Assembly: GCA_038858525.1 (NCBI GenBank) | Contig: JAWCFL010000004.1 | Coordinates: 84,451-101,785, forward strand | Source: Candidatus Jordarchaeales archaeon | GTDB lineage: Archaea; Asgardarchaeota; Jordiarchaeia; Jordiarchaeales; Freyrarchaeaceae | Length of the DNA: 17,335 bases | Reading direction: 5' to 3' | In this document: positions 15,643-17,335 of the stretch, in pieces | How the letters are laid out: every line of letters starts with the position of its first letter | How positions within the stretch are numbered: the first letter of the stretch is position 1 | The notes under the pieces: model-generated | The model's input: the letters and a program-made list of their open reading frames with translations, nothing else | Database searches by the model: none | What the model was told of the DNA's origin: nothing | Program-made: the position numbers and the translations under genes

Positions 15643-16155
15643 ATGGGGCTCAAAGGGAGAATAGCCTTCCACTTTATGGCTGACAAGATCAACCTTGAAG
15701 CATACATATCCCTTCTAGTGTCGGCTCTAGATTACATTCTCGAAGTGGAGAAAGGTGACGTAAACAAGGCATCCCAAGTCATTTGGAACATGGGCCGGAA
15801 AATAGGCTCTAGAATGCTTGCAAAGTACGCTGAAAGAGTAGGTAAGCATGCTATTGAGTTTTACGAGTTCTCAAAAACATACAACCTTGCGTACTACTTT
15901 TACTTAGGAAAAAGCTACGACAAAATATACGTTGTACCCGAAGAGAAAAAGATAGTCTTTGAGGATTACGATTGCCCCGTTTGTAGGGGAGTGCTGCTAC
16001 CCGACGAGTTAAAGGGAGTGCGGCTCTGCAACATAATTGACGGAATATACACTGAAGTATGCACAGTCAGAGGGTTCGACGCTGAATCGTGGGAAACCAA
16101 ATGTAAAGCATCTGGAGACGAATGTTGCAGACATGAATTACGCCTAAAGGTATGA
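15643..16155 (+). CDS. V4R-domain protein (Bet3/TRAPP-related fold), 170 aa
   Basis: DCPVC, LCNIIDGIY and ETKCKASGDECCRHEL V4R signature; helix NMGRKIGSRML; GGAGG upstream of the ATG. Confidence 0.85.
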   Translation: MGLKGRIAFHFMADKINLEAYISLLVSALDYILEVEKGDVNKASQVIWNMGRKIGSRMLAKYAERVGKHAIEFYEFSKTYNLAYYFYLGKSYDKIYVVPEEKKIVFEDYDCPVCRGVLLPDELKGVRLCNIIDGIYTEVCTVRGFDAESWETKCKASGDECCRHELRLKV

Positions 16156-16342
16156 AAGACACGAATCCCCTTTAATTATTTTATTTTTTCATGTTTCTAA
16201 TTGTTGCAGATTATCTTTTGTTAAACGCGAATTAATGTATTCTCTCAGGTTTACTTTTACTGACGTATATAATTACTTGATGTCATATAGTATACCATAG
16301 CTCGGCTCTCTCAATGCAAAGAAGGGGGGCTTTGTTTCTCCT

Positions 16343-16579
16343 TTAGTTTGCCAGTATCCTGCTTATTTTTTCTTCTTCAAGCTTCTTAAGGTATGTTTCT
16401 AGGTGCTTCGCGCTTTTAAAAATCTGTATAGCGTTCCTATCCTCTATTCTGACGATTGCCATGCGGTTCTGCAGGGTGACGTATATTCCGCCAAGCCTTT
16501 CATCATGCTTCATGAAGACCTCTTCGCCACCCCCCTTAACTCTCCAGAACCCCCTTCTCCTCAAAACGTTTCTGAACAT
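16343..16579 (-). CDS. Small hypothetical protein, 78 aa, possibly HicA-like fold without the catalytic His
   Basis: ATG at 16579 follows GGAGGGGTG; purine-rich coding strand; LRRRGFWRVKGGGEEVFMKH resembles the HicA N-terminal pattern. Confidence 0.6.
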   Translation of the reverse strand: MFRNVLRRRGFWRVKGGGEEVFMKHDERLGGIYVTLQNRMAIVRIEDRNAIQIFKSAKHLETYLKKLEEEKISRILAN

Positions 16580-16791
16580 CAAAGTACACCCCTCCAACTA
16601 AGGGATATTGACGTGAAAGGTTAAGAAGATAAATAAAACAGAGAAAATATTCCTGAGTTTACTTCCATTTTTAAATAGTCATTAGGGGAGGAAGTGTTTT
16701 AGGTGGTGATCGGAAGAGTGAATGTTTAAATTTTAAAGTTCCGTCATGTTTCTTGCTGATGGTTCGTCTCCGGGCGAAGGAGGAGAGCGCA

Positions 16792-17322
16792 TTGAACACA
16801 TCAAAGTACAACTTTAAGGTTCTAGTTGTTGGTGACGGGGGGGTGGGGAAGACCAGCCTAACGCTCAGATTTACCACGGGCTCCTTCAAGGAAAACTACA
16901 TGCCGACTTTGGGAGTTAACTTTTACTCTAAAACAGTAGATGTGGAAGGCGTCTTAGTCAAGCTTACGGTATGGGATACAGGGGGGCAGGAACGCTTCAA
17001 ACCATTACTTCCAAACTACTTTAAGGGGGGTCAAGGCTCCCTCGTCGTCTTCGATGTAACAGACTCTGAATCCTTCAAAAGCGTTGAAGGATGGGTGAAA
17101 CAGGTGAAGCATTACTGTGGTGACGTCCCCATTGTCATTGTCGGAAACAAGATTGACCTCTCATCAGAAAGAAAGATAAGCCGCGAGGAGGCTGCGAGGC
17201 TCGCGGACAGGCTTAGCGCACCATACTTCGAGTCATCAGCGAAGGAGAACATAATGGTGAAGGATGTCTTCACATTTCTTGCCTCCCTCATACTAAGGAA
17301 CTCACTTAAAAGAAACGACTAA
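16792..17322 (+). CDS. Rab-like small GTPase, about 176 aa
   Basis: GDGGVGKTS, PTLGVNF, WDTGGQERF, GNKIDL and ESSAK motifs; TTG at 16792 follows AGGAGG; no C-terminal Cys. Confidence 0.95.
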   Translation: MNTSKYNFKVLVVGDGGVGKTSLTLRFTTGSFKENYMPTLGVNFYSKTVDVEGVLVKLTVWDTGGQERFKPLLPNYFKGGQGSLVVFDVTDSESFKSVEGWVKQVKHYCGDVPIVIVGNKIDLSSERKISREEAARLADRLSAPYFESSAKENIMVKDVFTFLASLILRNSLKRND

Positions 17323-17335
17323 GCCTAAGGGGTTA

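Noticed and set aside
1-17335. tRNA, rRNA, CRISPR arrays, transposases or integrases
   Set aside because: No cloverleaf, rRNA-like tract, regularly spaced repeats or recognisable mobile-element proteins were seen.

Overview
Archaeal chromosomal window, most likely from an Asgard archaeon (inferred from the co-occurrence of a Rab-like GTPase, a gelsolin-domain protein, a roadblock protein, a V4R protein and UGA-selenocysteine). The left part is a minus-strand hdrA-mvhD-fdhB-like redox operon that the ORF track fragments. HdrA carries one in-frame UGA at a conserved Cys position and MvhD carries two. mvhD is also interrupted, 1 nt before its first Sec codon, by a 22-nt out-of-frame insert. This insert folds into a bulge-helix-bulge (BHB) motif, and its BHB-predicted excision exactly restores the CxxU motif, making it a candidate mRNA intron in a selenoprotein gene. 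The 5' end of hdrA has a separate unresolved anomaly. The middle contains panB, an orphan V/A-type ATPase subunit I with a large loop, a decayed ORF, a gelsolin-domain protein, trmI and an AmmeMemoRadiSam radical SAM enzyme. The right part is a signalling cluster: a Cys-less KaiB/thioredoxin-fold protein, an intact single-domain KaiC-like ATPase, a pseudo-KaiC::MglA-type GTPase fusion, a roadblock/MglB protein, a second degenerate KaiC-like protein, a V4R/Bet3-like protein, a small divergent protein and a Rab-like GTPase. All family assignments come from motif recognition by eye; no database searches were run.
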